The notes beneath the pieces were generated by a model that made no database searches, was not told the origin of the DNA, and saw only the letters and a program-made list of their open reading frames with translations. A DNA stretch of 64,000 nt from an uncultured Acidobacteriota bacterium (GTDB lineage: Bacteria; Acidobacteriota; Blastocatellia; RBC074), in contig CADECP010000016.1 of assembly GCA_902825875.1 (NCBI GenBank), forward strand, positions 21,519 through 85,518. Reading direction: 5' to 3'. A program made the translations under genes and the position numbers. This document shows, piece after piece, positions 39,534 through 49,814 of this stretch. Position 1 is the stretch's first letter. Each line of letters begins with the position of its first letter.

Positions 39534-39561
39534 AGTTTTGTTTTTGAAAACGTGGCGAGGG

Positions 39562-39978
39562 TTATTCGTCGTAAAGACTCAAATACATCTGATTGTCGTA
39601 AGTCACCAATCCAAAACGTACTGCCTGCAACCAACCTTCGCGCCCCAACAGACAGCGATTGAAATCGTGATATTTGGCGATGCAAACAGGCACGTCCCCA
39701 AACGAGAGTTCGCCAAGAAAAAAAGTGGTGTAATGCAGATAGGTTTGCATTACACCACTGCCGGTTCTCAAGTTGGTTGGCGTGCCGCTTTCCACATCAA
39801 AACCCAGATCATCACCAAGCCAGCGCGGCAATACTGTGTAAGTTGCTCCTGAGTCGAAATACGCCTGGATTTGCCTGTCTTTTATGGGCGCGGAAATTGT
39901 CAGCGGTACGATCAATCCATTTTCATCAAGCGCGATTTTCAACAGCGTAGAAAATTCAAGCCGGTAGGTCATAACCAA
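39562..39978 (-). CDS. Retropepsin-like (clan AA) aspartic protease
   Basis: 'AYFDSGATYTVLP' D(S/T)GA active-site motif in a roughly 130-aa protein. Confidence 0.65.
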   Translation of the reverse strand: MVMTYRLEFSTLLKIALDENGLIVPLTISAPIKDRQIQAYFDSGATYTVLPRWLGDDLGFDVESGTPTNLRTGSGVMQTYLHYTTFFLGELSFGDVPVCIAKYHDFNRCLLGREGWLQAVRFGLVTYDNQMYLSLYDE

Positions 39979-40349
39979 AGACCTCCGCCATAAGGAATTT
40001 CCTCTTCAGAAGGCGAATAGGCGAGCAAAAAATCCATACCAGACGCATCGGCAGCCGCCAAAACTTCATGGGGATTGGCGCTGTGAGCGATGAGTTGCGA
40101 ACCACTGACGGCCAGATGTTCGCCTCGGTACAGGTGTTTGTTTTCTCGCAGCCATTGTTGTTCCAGCGAAAAATCGCGCGCTTTGCCGGGTACTCTACTT
40201 ACGCGGACAGTCGGGCGAGCAGGCAATTCCGTCAGCAATTGTTGCTGTTCGGCTACTGGCAAAGCCAGCGCCGAACGCAAAGTCTGTTGTGCCTCGCGCG
40301 GCAAATACAGCGCCTGTTGTTTGACTTGTTCATAGGTGATTGTCTGCAT
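39969..40349 (-). CDS. Small hypothetical protein overlapping the retropepsin-like gene by 10 nt (probable partner gene)
   Basis: 126-aa ORF, co-directional; its stop overlaps the next start. Confidence 0.4.
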   Translation of the reverse strand: MQTITYEQVKQQALYLPREAQQTLRSALALPVAEQQQLLTELPARPTVRVSRVPGKARDFSLEQQWLRENKHLYRGEHLAVSGSQLIAHSANPHEVLAAADASGMDFLLAYSPSEEEIPYGGGLWL

Positions 40350-40431
40350 AACTTCTCCTTACTACGTTAATGAATCTTGCCGATTATACGAATGAACGCC
40401 AACAAAGGCACAACAGACAGGCAATGTCGCG

Positions 40432-43400
40432 TTAAAACGACAGCTTGAAGCCATACTGAATTTCACGTCCGATGTAACCCGGACGTTTACTAATGACTTT
40501 GCCGAAGTTCGCGTTGTTGAAATCCACAACGGGGTTGTCCCAGTTGATCTGGTTGAAAGCGTTGTAGGCTTCGACGCGGAACTCGAATTTCCAGCCTTCG
40601 CGGATGCGGAAACCTTTGCTCAAGGTCATATCCAACTGTCCGGTGCCGGGTCCGACGACTCCGTCATAAGTGTACGGATTCGTGCGAGCCACGCTCGCCG
40701 GATCGGCGTTCGTGCCTTGCGGCAAGGCTGAAAACACGGATTTATCAAACCAGGCGCCGTTTGGCCCAAGCGTCGGATTGCTGAGTTTCGGGCTGCCGCT
40801 GACGCGCAGGTTTTGCGTGAAGATCAATTGGCGTCCCGAATACCAGCGATTGGTTGTCGTCAATTGCCATCCACCGAGCGTCATATCAACCGCCGTTGGA
40901 GCGTTTTTCAGCAACCAGCGGCCTTTGCCCACAGGGATTTCCCAAGTGATGGCGTGGTTGATTCGATGTTTGGCAATCGCCAACGGGCGCCAGGTTAATT
41001 CGCGCGCAAACATTGCACGGTCGTCAAAGAATTGCGTCTGATCTTCCGTTTGGTAGGCGTAATTCACCAGCATGCTCAAACCTTGCGCGAACGGGCGTTG
41101 CGCCTGAACTTTGTAAGACACAACGTGCAAATCGCTCAATGCGGTGTTGGTTTGATTGATTGCTTGATATTGCGGATAGGGTCGCAACAAGGAAGCCACC
41201 GTTACGTTCGCCGCGCCGTTGCGCAACGCGCCGGGGAAAACGCTTGTCGTCAGGTAATTACGGAACGGATTGGGAACTGTCGCATTCGTCACCGAACGCG
41301 GCTGTTCATAAAGGAAGTTCGGATCCGCCTGATTCAGATCAACGGTCAACGGCAGATTCGTGCCGTTGTTGAAGAAGAAATCGAAGCTCACGATCGTGCG
41401 CCCCCACACTTCGCGTTGATACGACAGCGAATAGCGATCATTGTTTTGCGGCTTCAGTTCGTATTGATCCAGGCTGACCGCATTGCCCAGATTGGTGTAA
41501 CGACCTAAAGATTTTTCGGTCGGTTGCTGCAACGGATTCGGGTTTGTGCCGGTTGTCGGGAACGGGTTCGACAAGGTTGCCAAAGGACGGCCATTCAACG
41601 GATTGAGCACAGTGCTCACGGTCGAATATCCCGTGTATTGATTGACGAAATCGCCCAGAGCGTCGCGGATGCGCGACGAAGGAGACATATATCGCGCCCA
41701 ACCAAAACGAAACACCGATTTGCTGTCGAGCCGGAATGCGCCGCCGATGCGCGGCAGGAAATTGGCCGCTTGCCGTGACCAGGCATTACGATTGTTTTCG
41801 TCGGTGAAAACCCACGCGCCGTTATAAATCGGCTTGTAACCTTTCGTTCCCAAAAGGTTCAACACCGCCGCTGGCATATTTGGCGGCGTCGTCTGAAATT
41901 CAGGAATCGGGTTGGTCAAATCCAGTTGCTGTGACAGACGATTCTGCGGATCAACCGGGCCGGGTTCAAATTCCCAGCGCAAACCGAGGTTGAGCGTCAG
42001 ACGGCTGTTCACCTTGAAATCGTCCTGGAAATAACCCGAATAACCGAACGTCACGACTTCCTGCACTGGGACACGACGACCGGAGGTTTGGTTATCCAGC
42101 ACGCCCAGCAGGAACGAAGCCCATTCGTTGCCCGAAACGTTGATGTTTGCGCTGGTGTTTTGGCTGGCCGTATTGACCGCGCGGAAATTCAGGTTGATCG
42201 GTTCAAAGCGCGCGCCTTTGCCTTTGTCCACGCGAAGCTCTCCGCCGAATTTCAACGAGTGATTGCCCAGATACCAGTTCATGCGCGCCGAACCGCCCCA
42301 GCCTTGAGGTCGTTGCCAGAATTCGCGTCCCGAACGTCCGAGACGATTGGTGACTGTGCCGGTCGGAACATCCACAGCCGGGTAATAAATCAGGTCGCGC
42401 GTGAACAGCGACGAATACCAGGGATTGCCCGGCCACAAGGCTTCTATGCCCGATTGGCCAAGCACGTAATTGTCGGCAGCGGCAAATTCATCAATCAGTT
42501 TGTGGTAATTCGCGCGAACGTTCAGCACTTTTGACGAAGAAATCGTGTAAACCGTATCCGCCGCAATGCTCAATCCGTTGCGATGGCTGCCTGCCGCCGG
42601 AAACAGTTTGCCCGCCGTATTGTCCTGTGGAACTTCCAACAGGTCCGTTTTGAAGTAGCCGTAACGAATGAAGGATTTCCATTTTTCGTTGATGTTCCAA
42701 TCCACGCGGTTCGACAAATTCCAGTAATCCACGTTTTCCGTTTTGGTTCCTTGCCAGTTCAGATTGTTGCCGGGCAGGTTTGGCAGCGGAATTTCCGCCA
42801 TCAGTTTCACTGCTGTGGGATCAAAACGGTTCGAAGGAATTAGGTTGCCAGCGAAAACCGTGCGGACTCCGCTGCTGCCTGTCGAGGTAAATGGATCGTA
42901 AATCGGGCGCGCGCAAGTCGTTCCCGCAGCGCAAACCGCGTAACTGCCAATGCGGCTTTCGCTGAAATTGCCCTGTCGTTCCAACTGCGTCGGTACGGTG
43001 ATTTTCACTGTGATCGGGCGTTTGTCGTCCCACTGTTCCCACGAAGAGAAAAAGAAAAGTTTGTTTTTGATGATGGGGCCGCCAATTGTGCCGCCGTACA
43101 TTTTCAGGTCTGTGCCGCGAAAGATGGTTTCGTCTGCGCCAGCCGTGCGCGGGATTGTCGGGTCGCCAAAAGCGTTAAAGCGCGGATTGCGGTTGTGGTA
43201 ATAAGCCGAGCCATGAAACCGATTCGTGCCTGATTTCATGTTCAATGTGACGATGCCGCCCGCGCTGTAACCGTATTCTGCATCCACGGCGTTTTTCTGA
43301 AACGACACTTCCTGCACGGCTTCAATCGAAGGCGTGTATGAAGTCTTGTAGCTTGAAGTCAGCGGCACGCCGTCGAGTTGAATGTCGTTGGCGCGAAATG

Positions 43401-43977
43401 TGCCGCCGCCCGCGTCGAACTCATTGGCAAAAGCATGGTGATAGGGACGGTTTTCGCCGTTGTTGTTTTCGCCGCCGTTGATGGTCGGGTCAAGTGTGAT
43501 GACGTTGTACGGGTTGCGCCCGCGCAACGGGATTTGCGTCATGATTTCATTGCCGATTGTCAGCGTGTCGCTGGACGAGTTGAACTGCACAGCGACCGGC
43601 GAATCCTGAATGGTAATGACTTCGCTGACGCCGCCGATTTCCATCGAGGCATTGACCGTCACGTCACCGCGATTCTGTATGGTGATGTTGCGCTGCTCGA
43701 ACTTTTTGAAGCCCTGCGCCTGAATTGTCACCGTATAAATTCCCGATTCGACGAAATCGAAAATGTAATTGCCGTCGGCGTTGGTTTGCCGAGTGACTTC
43801 AATGCCTGTGCCAACATTTTTCAGCGTGACTTTGGCTCCGGCCAGAGCCGCTTTGTTGGTGTCGGTAACGACGCCTTGCACTTTGGCGCGGTAATCCTGC
43901 GCGATGGCCAGGCTCGCGTAACTTATGAGCAACGCGCCGACCAAAACCATCATTCTGTTTTTGAGCATAGGATTCAT
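40432..43977 (-). CDS. TonB-dependent outer-membrane receptor with N-terminal carboxypeptidase-regulatory-like (CarboxypepD_reg) domain (acidobacterial 'Oar-like' TBDT)
   Basis: Signal peptide, 'VQGVVTDTNKAALAGAKVTLKNVGTGIEVTRQTNADGNYIF' CarbopepD_reg, plug and 22-strand barrel, C-terminal 'YGFKLSF'. AGGAGG Shine-Dalgarno. Confidence 0.85.
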   Translation of the reverse strand: MNPMLKNRMMVLVGALLISYASLAIAQDYRAKVQGVVTDTNKAALAGAKVTLKNVGTGIEVTRQTNADGNYIFDFVESGIYTVTIQAQGFKKFEQRNITIQNRGDVTVNASMEIGGVSEVITIQDSPVAVQFNSSSDTLTIGNEIMTQIPLRGRNPYNVITLDPTINGGENNNGENRPYHHAFANEFDAGGGTFRANDIQLDGVPLTSSYKTSYTPSIEAVQEVSFQKNAVDAEYGYSAGGIVTLNMKSGTNRFHGSAYYHNRNPRFNAFGDPTIPRTAGADETIFRGTDLKMYGGTIGGPIIKNKLFFFSSWEQWDDKRPITVKITVPTQLERQGNFSESRIGSYAVCAAGTTCARPIYDPFTSTGSSGVRTVFAGNLIPSNRFDPTAVKLMAEIPLPNLPGNNLNWQGTKTENVDYWNLSNRVDWNINEKWKSFIRYGYFKTDLLEVPQDNTAGKLFPAAGSHRNGLSIAADTVYTISSSKVLNVRANYHKLIDEFAAADNYVLGQSGIEALWPGNPWYSSLFTRDLIYYPAVDVPTGTVTNRLGRSGREFWQRPQGWGGSARMNWYLGNHSLKFGGELRVDKGKGARFEPINLNFRAVNTASQNTSANINVSGNEWASFLLGVLDNQTSGRRVPVQEVVTFGYSGYFQDDFKVNSRLTLNLGLRWEFEPGPVDPQNRLSQQLDLTNPIPEFQTTPPNMPAAVLNLLGTKGYKPIYNGAWVFTDENNRNAWSRQAANFLPRIGGAFRLDSKSVFRFGWARYMSPSSRIRDALGDFVNQYTGYSTVSTVLNPLNGRPLATLSNPFPTTGTNPNPLQQPTEKSLGRYTNLGNAVSLDQYELKPQNNDRYSLSYQREVWGRTIVSFDFFFNNGTNLPLTVDLNQADPNFLYEQPRSVTNATVPNPFRNYLTTSVFPGALRNGAANVTVASLLRPYPQYQAINQTNTALSDLHVVSYKVQAQRPFAQGLSMLVNYAYQTEDQTQFFDDRAMFARELTWRPLAIAKHRINHAITWEIPVGKGRWLLKNAPTAVDMTLGGWQLTTTNRWYSGRQLIFTQNLRVSGSPKLSNPTLGPNGAWFDKSVFSALPQGTNADPASVARTNPYTYDGVVGPGTGQLDMTLSKGFRIREGWKFEFRVEAYNAFNQINWDNPVVDFNNANFGKVISKRPGYIGREIQYGFKLSF

Positions 43978-44134
43978 GCGACCTCCTGAGGGGTGATTGG
44001 CGCAAATCTGTGAAGTTTGCGCTCTGTTGTGAATTAGCCTCGCGCATTATTCAGACGTCCTGCGTCAAAGTATCTGGAGAGGCAATGAATAACTGATGTT
44101 ACGCGATGGCAGATCAAATAAAGCGTTTGACAGT

Positions 44135-44343
44135 TTCTTCGTCCCGGCAGGGACGGTTGAAATTAGCGTGGCGTTTTAACGTCGGGTAGAGGAGCCGTTC
44201 TCTGCCGCGTCCTGTCAGGACGCTTGAATCCTGTTCTGGCGGAAATTCAAGCGTCCCTACAGGACGCCGATTCATTCGCTGCTTTTCCCGGCAGTGAACT
44301 GCCGGGCTAATATCAAACCGTCCCTGCCGGGACGAAAACCGTG
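44135..44343 (-). mobile_element. MITE-like structured repeat (family 1), copy 2 (inverted relative to copy 1)
   Basis: The reverse complement aligns along its full length with 14640-14840, including the terminal inverted repeats (ttcgtcccggcagggacggtt / ccgtccctgccgggacgaa). Sits between the two TonB-dependent receptor genes. Confidence 0.6.
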
Positions 44344-44400
44344 TCAAATCCAATGTTCGACTCTTTAGCGCGTAACATCAGTGAATAAAAGTTGGAGTGA

Positions 44401-47400
44401 TCAAAAATAAATTTTCAGGCCGAATTGCACGTAACGAGGCAAACCCAATTCGCGCAAAGTGCCGAAACCAGTTTGATAAGCTTGCCGCAAACGAAAGAGT
44501 TTGAAACCTTCCGACGTGGAAATATCAAACGAATTTGCGTTTTTGGTGGCGAAGCCTTCCGGCAATCGAATGCCAGCGTAATAATCCAATGGCAATGCGC
44601 CTGTAGTGGCGGTTGTGCCAGGCCTGATCGGCAAGCGCGCTCCGGTAATGAAACCTTGAACGCGAGCAAACAAGGACGCGCCATCTGACGTAGAACGCGC
44701 CGGACGCCCGCTGGCAAAAGCCGCCCAAGCGTCATATTCAGCCGCCGTTATCGGCACTTCGTTGGGCAAGTTCATAAAATCATTGAGCGCTGAGCCGGTC
44801 ACAGAGGTTTGGCGGAAAATTGGCGAGTTGAAAGCGTTGATCAAATCCACTCGGAATTGCACGCGGCGATTGCCTTTTTCGGTCAGGCGAAAGTCTTTCT
44901 GGAATGACAGGTCGAAAAACCTCTGCACCGGGCCGCGAATGTCCAGCGTGCGCGGAGCGGTTCCCAAACTGCCTTTGGCCGGGCGCATAAATGCCGCCGG
45001 ATTGATGTACGGTTCGCACAACGTTCCAATCGGGCAATCGCGCGACCAGAGCGGGTTTTTGAGCGGAACGCCGGGAACCAGGTCAGGCCGGATGGTGTGG
45101 GTGATGTCGCTGCTCAAACGGTTGCCTTCAACCAGAGCGGGCAGGAACGGAAAGCCGCCTTGCAAACGGAACAGGCTCGATAACGTCCAGCCGCCGATGA
45201 CGGCGTCGGCAACGCCGGGCGCAGATGACATCCATTTGCGTCCGCGCCCGAACGGTAAATCCACAATCGCCGTCGAGCTGAACAAATGTTTGATGTCGAA
45301 AGACGAAACGGCGCGATCAATGGAACGCGGCGCGCCGAAAGTGATGTGTCCGCCCGAAGTCGTCGAATGCGACAAGGTGCGCGTTTCGGGGCTGGCGTCC
45401 GACGCATCGTCAATGGATTTGCCGAATGTGTAATTGGCCGTGAAGGAAATGCCGCGTCCGACGCGACGGCGAACGTCGACGTATCCTGCGTGGCGAATGC
45501 TGTTGACCGAAGAATCGTATAACTGAAACAGATTGTTGAATCCGAAAAACTTGCTGCCGACGTTGCCGCGCGTGATGGTCAACACCGTTCCTGTCAACGA
45601 ACGCCGTCCGAGCGGGTCGGCGAAAGTCGCGTCAGAGCTTAGGTTGTCGGCTTCCAAAGCTTCGACAAAGTCCAGGTCGCGCGGATTGACGTTGATGCGT
45701 TGCGTGTAAAGGTGCGTGCCTTTGTTGCCGACATAAGCGACTTCGACGACTGTGTTGCGAATCGGTTCCCACGAAACTGACAGGTTCCAGTTTTGCGTGT
45801 AAGGCACGTTGGTGTTGTCCGAAATCGAAAAGCCGGGCAGGCTCAGACTGTTCAAGTAAACCAGACCGTCTTCAGGAATGCTCAACGCTTGCGCCGCTGT
45901 TTGCGTCGAATAAAGCGGATGAACCGCCGACAAACGGAATGGTTGGGCTAAATCAGTTGAACCTGACGAACCGTTGACATTGGTCGTCAAGCCTCGAAAG
46001 GTGCCGAAATCGGGATTAGGCGTGCGGTTGTTGCCGTTGAGCGGAACGTGCGAAATGCCGTAACCGCCGCGCACAGTCAACCGATGTTCCGCAAACCAGT
46101 TCCAATTGCGCGGACTCCAGGCAAAACCGAATCGCGGTTCAAAGTTGGTGTATTCAACCGGGAACAGATAGCGTGAACGTCCGCCGCGTCCGGCAAAAGC
46201 AAAGGCAGGAACCGTCGCGTTGGCCGGCACACTGGCGGGAATCGCCGTTGTTGTGGAAACGCCCAATCCGGTGGCAATTGCGCGCCGTTGGGCGTCGGTC
46301 AAAGCCACGGTTTGCGTCAGGTCAGTGCGAAAGACGCCTTGCAGGTCGTTTTTTTCTGTTCGCGGCAATTGCAGCGAATACCGCATCCCCAGATTGACTG
46401 TCAGATTGGGTTTGACCTTCCAGTCGTTTTGCACGAAGGCGGCGCTGCTTTTCCAGCGGTAGTAATACGGAATCAACAATGGTCGCGCCTGCACAGCGTT
46501 GGGAACACCGATCAGGTAACTGGCCCAGGTGATCCCGCCTGCCGTAGCGTTTGTCGTGCGGTTGTTGCTGGAATTCAGCACGCGGAAATCCCAGCGTCCG
46601 CCCGATGCTCCAAAAAACGGCGTGACGTTGAGCAGTTCGTAATTCAAATCCACGCCGAGCTTCCAGTTCATAGCGCCCTGCGAGATGTTGACGATGTCGT
46701 TGATGTTGTAGCGTTCCTCGACGTTGAAATTGTTGGTCGAACCAGACGAGCCAATCGAAGCGAAAGCGTTCGGCCCATCGGCGCTGACGTTGAACAACGG
46801 CAAACCGCCGGTTGTCAGCGTCGGGATACCCAATTCGTTTGCCAGATTGCGCCCGGTTTTGATCGAAAATTCCGGAGAGAAATCTTCGCTGAAAACTCCG
46901 CGCGTGTAATTCAACCGCAATTCATTTACGACGCGGGAAGAAAAGACATGTGTGTCGGTGATGACGGTTTGTTTGGAATCGCTGTAAGCCGCGCTGTTGC
47001 CATTCACGTCGCTGCCAAAACCGCGCACGCCGACCGCCGGGACTTTGGTGAACCGTCCGCTGAGCCGGTTTTTCGCCGTCAATTGATGATCGAGCCTCAA
47101 GGTGTATCTGGTTTCGTCCTGTTGTACGAAACGATTGACGACGAAATTCGACAATTGCCCGGCTTCGTTGATGAAGTAATTGCCTGCGCGCGGCAAAAAT
47201 TCCAAAGCTTTGACTGCGACAGGATCAAGCATGTTTTGCGGAATACGATTGCCGGGAAAAGCCGCAAACAACTGCCCGGTTCCCAGCACGATCGGAACGT
47301 ATTTGCCGCCGACCACGTTGAATTGTTGATAAATGGTCGTGTTCGTTCCCGTCACGGGGATTTGCGGAAATTGTGCTTTCACGTCGTTGGGAACCCAGCC

Positions 47401-48450
47401 ATTGGCGATGCGCGTCAAGTTGCTGAAATCGCCCGCGCGCATGGCGTCAGTCGGCAGCAAAGTGTCTGTCACCACAAAATCGCGTCGCCAACGCGGTTCA
47501 TAAGCAAAAAAGAAAAACGATTTATTGTGGCCATCGTAAGCTGCCGGGCCGAACACTTTTTTCGGCAGCCAAATCGGGCCTCCCAAAGTAAACGAACCTT
47601 GTGAATAGCGCAGCCGATTGGGCGGGCGCAATGTTGAAGTCGTCCATCGGCGGGCGTTGGTTGCCGGATTGCGATGATAAAAAAGCGCAATTCCGCGATA
47701 TTCGTTGGAGCCTGATTTCGTCGTGGCGTTGATGACGCCGCCGCCTGTTCGCCCAAATTCAGCCGAATAAGCCGACGTTTGCACGGTGAATTCCTGCACG
47801 GTTTCAGGCGTGAAGCTGACCACGGCGCGCGCCACTCCGACGCCGGTGTTGTTGACGCCGTCGGCCAGAATTGACGTGCTGCCGGGGCGTCCGCCATTCA
47901 AACTCAAATTGAAACCGGGCACAGGCTGGCCTGAAGTCACTTCAGGGTCTTCGCTGCCTGCGTCGCCCGAAACGTTCGGCGCGGTCAAAGCCAGATCCAA
48001 AACGCTGCGATTGGCCAGCGGCACGTCCTGAATCTGGCGTTCGTTGATGGTTTGAGTGGTCGTTCCCGAAGCCGTGTTGAGCAATGGCGCGTCGGCGCTG
48101 ATGGTTACTTCGTTTTCGACTGCGCCGGGTTCAAGCGTCACATTGACTGTGGTGGTCGTCGCCGTGTCCACCTTGACGCCGTTCACGACCGCTTTTCTAA
48201 AACCGGGCGCTTCGACCGTGACGCGATAAACAACAGGTTCGAGCGAACTTGTTGTGTATGCGCCATCGCCGGAGGTGGTGATTTTTAGCGTTTGATTGGT
48301 TCCGACGTTGGTAATGGTGACTATTGCACCGGGAAGGACTGCACCGTTTTTGTCGCTGACCGTGCCGCTGATGCCGCCGCGATTGGTTTGCGCCAAGACG
48401 CCGCTGGCCAGAATCATCAAAATTGCCAATAACCTGATTGAACTTTTCAT
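44401..48450 (-). CDS. TonB-dependent outer-membrane receptor with N-terminal CarboxypepD_reg domain (second, 1349 aa)
   Basis: 'GGISGTVSDKNGAVLPGAIVTITNVGTNQTLKITTSGDGAYTT' plus plug and barrel; C-terminal 'FGLKIYF'. Confidence 0.85.
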   Translation of the reverse strand: MKSSIRLLAILMILASGVLAQTNRGGISGTVSDKNGAVLPGAIVTITNVGTNQTLKITTSGDGAYTTSSLEPVVYRVTVEAPGFRKAVVNGVKVDTATTTTVNVTLEPGAVENEVTISADAPLLNTASGTTTQTINERQIQDVPLANRSVLDLALTAPNVSGDAGSEDPEVTSGQPVPGFNLSLNGGRPGSTSILADGVNNTGVGVARAVVSFTPETVQEFTVQTSAYSAEFGRTGGGVINATTKSGSNEYRGIALFYHRNPATNARRWTTSTLRPPNRLRYSQGSFTLGGPIWLPKKVFGPAAYDGHNKSFFFFAYEPRWRRDFVVTDTLLPTDAMRAGDFSNLTRIANGWVPNDVKAQFPQIPVTGTNTTIYQQFNVVGGKYVPIVLGTGQLFAAFPGNRIPQNMLDPVAVKALEFLPRAGNYFINEAGQLSNFVVNRFVQQDETRYTLRLDHQLTAKNRLSGRFTKVPAVGVRGFGSDVNGNSAAYSDSKQTVITDTHVFSSRVVNELRLNYTRGVFSEDFSPEFSIKTGRNLANELGIPTLTTGGLPLFNVSADGPNAFASIGSSGSTNNFNVEERYNINDIVNISQGAMNWKLGVDLNYELLNVTPFFGASGGRWDFRVLNSSNNRTTNATAGGITWASYLIGVPNAVQARPLLIPYYYRWKSSAAFVQNDWKVKPNLTVNLGMRYSLQLPRTEKNDLQGVFRTDLTQTVALTDAQRRAIATGLGVSTTTAIPASVPANATVPAFAFAGRGGRSRYLFPVEYTNFEPRFGFAWSPRNWNWFAEHRLTVRGGYGISHVPLNGNNRTPNPDFGTFRGLTTNVNGSSGSTDLAQPFRLSAVHPLYSTQTAAQALSIPEDGLVYLNSLSLPGFSISDNTNVPYTQNWNLSVSWEPIRNTVVEVAYVGNKGTHLYTQRINVNPRDLDFVEALEADNLSSDATFADPLGRRSLTGTVLTITRGNVGSKFFGFNNLFQLYDSSVNSIRHAGYVDVRRRVGRGISFTANYTFGKSIDDASDASPETRTLSHSTTSGGHITFGAPRSIDRAVSSFDIKHLFSSTAIVDLPFGRGRKWMSSAPGVADAVIGGWTLSSLFRLQGGFPFLPALVEGNRLSSDITHTIRPDLVPGVPLKNPLWSRDCPIGTLCEPYINPAAFMRPAKGSLGTAPRTLDIRGPVQRFFDLSFQKDFRLTEKGNRRVQFRVDLINAFNSPIFRQTSVTGSALNDFMNLPNEVPITAAEYDAWAAFASGRPARSTSDGASLFARVQGFITGARLPIRPGTTATTGALPLDYYAGIRLPEGFATKNANSFDISTSEGFKLFRLRQAYQTGFGTLRELGLPRYVQFGLKIYF

Positions 48451-48460
48451 GGTGAGCCTC

Positions 48461-49672
48461 TTATTTCTTTTTTGCCTCTACGGCGTAAACGTGTGTTGCT
48501 CCGTGCAAGTTGGAGCGGAAAATTATCCATTTGCCATCCGGCGTGAAAGTCACGTTCGGTTCCAGCCGGTAATTGTGTTTGGCCAGATTGACCAGCCGTT
48601 CGGCTTTCAGCGCGCCGTCTTTTTGTGGAGTGAACAGATAAATCCATTGGCCGTTGCCCGGCGCGGCTACGCTGGAAGGGCCGCCGCCGTCTCCGGCAAA
48701 AAGCTTGCCGTTGGGGGCGACATTGAAATGCACTGACCATTGATCGCGCGGCACGAAATACCGCGTGGTTTTTCCAGTGGCGAGTTCAACTCCGGCCAGC
48801 CAGAAAACTTTGCTCTTTGGAGTTTGCAGATCGAACCAGATGGTTTTCCCGTCGGCGCTGAAAAATTCGTGCCCGGCGATTTCCATGTCCATCGTGCGTT
48901 TGTGGATCAACTGCTTGCCGCTGCCATCCGTGCGAATCGTCCAGATGCGATCAACTTTGTGCCAGGGGCCTTCGTGGCAAAACATCATCAAGCCCGGATC
49001 GGTCGGCGAAAACTGGACGTGATTCAGCCAATCGGTCGCGCGGTAAAATTGTTTCGTTTCGCCGGTTTTGACGTTGATGATGTAAAGCGCCATCGGCAAT
49101 TTCGCCGCCAGACGCTGTTCCATCATTTGGCCTTTGCTGGGATATTCGTCTGCGCCCGCCGGGCGTGGCGTCGTCGGAGTAAAGCTTTGTCCGCTTTCAA
49201 TCATGCTGCCGCCCAACAATGTTTCATCGGCGTTGATGGCAAAGCCGGAACCGGTTCGCAGCGCGGAGTTGCGCGTGATTTCGCGCGTGGCTTTGGTGTC
49301 GAGGTTGGTCGCCATCACGGCGTCGCCCTTCAGGTAAAACACCTGGCGAGTTTTGCGGCCAACGATCAAATTGCTGGCGCGGCCTTCGACAACCAATTCA
49401 ATCTTTCCGAAATTGGAGCCAGCTTTGAGTTCGATGGTGGCGATGCCTTTTGGCGTGGTCACGACCAACTTGTCGCCGTTGGCCGTGTAAGCGTTTTGGT
49501 GAAAGTACAAACTGGCTGTGTTCGGTTCGCGCGACAGGCGGACAATGCTGTGGCCGGTGTCAGGGTCAACCCAATCGGTTGGCGGTTCGGCCAATGGTCT
49601 GGGCGCGGGTGTTTGCGCTACGCTGACGGCGGCAAGCAGCATTAACAGCCACAGGCTCAAATTCAGTTTCAT
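48461..49672 (-). CDS. Oligogalacturonide lyase-like protein (PL22-type beta-propeller), exported
   Basis: Signal peptide; 'MMFCHEGPWHKVDRIWTIRTDGSG...AGHEFFSADGKTIWF' and C-terminal 'VTFTPDGKWIIFRSN', resembling the Ogl 'FCHEGP...HEF' and 'SFTPNDDG' blocks as I recall them. Confidence 0.6.
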   Translation of the reverse strand: MKLNLSLWLLMLLAAVSVAQTPAPRPLAEPPTDWVDPDTGHSIVRLSREPNTASLYFHQNAYTANGDKLVVTTPKGIATIELKAGSNFGKIELVVEGRASNLIVGRKTRQVFYLKGDAVMATNLDTKATREITRNSALRTGSGFAINADETLLGGSMIESGQSFTPTTPRPAGADEYPSKGQMMEQRLAAKLPMALYIINVKTGETKQFYRATDWLNHVQFSPTDPGLMMFCHEGPWHKVDRIWTIRTDGSGKQLIHKRTMDMEIAGHEFFSADGKTIWFDLQTPKSKVFWLAGVELATGKTTRYFVPRDQWSVHFNVAPNGKLFAGDGGGPSSVAAPGNGQWIYLFTPQKDGALKAERLVNLAKHNYRLEPNVTFTPDGKWIIFRSNLHGATHVYAVEAKKK

Positions 49673-49776
49673 CGTTTTTTACTCGGACAAATCAGATGGG
49701 ATAGAGACACTTTGAATGACGTGTCCGGCTCTGATTTGGTGACAAATGCGAGCGAAAACAGCTTCTGGCGAAACGG

Positions 49777-49814
49777 GACAAGCGCAAGCATTCAATGGAA
49801 CGCTTGCGCTTGTC
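49777..49814. promoter_or_regulatory. 13-bp perfect inverted repeat GACAAGCGCAAGC-N12-GCTTGCGCTTGTC in the lysR / ogl-TBDT divergent intergenic region
   Basis: Read directly from the sequence; lies in the 400-bp divergent promoter region. Confidence 0.3.

Noticed and set aside
44114-44353. 79-aa ORF exactly covering MITE copy 2, and small ORFs 14249..14591 over copy 1
   Set aside because: The ORFs are artefacts of palindromic repeat DNA. The same element in opposite orientation elsewhere does not preserve them.
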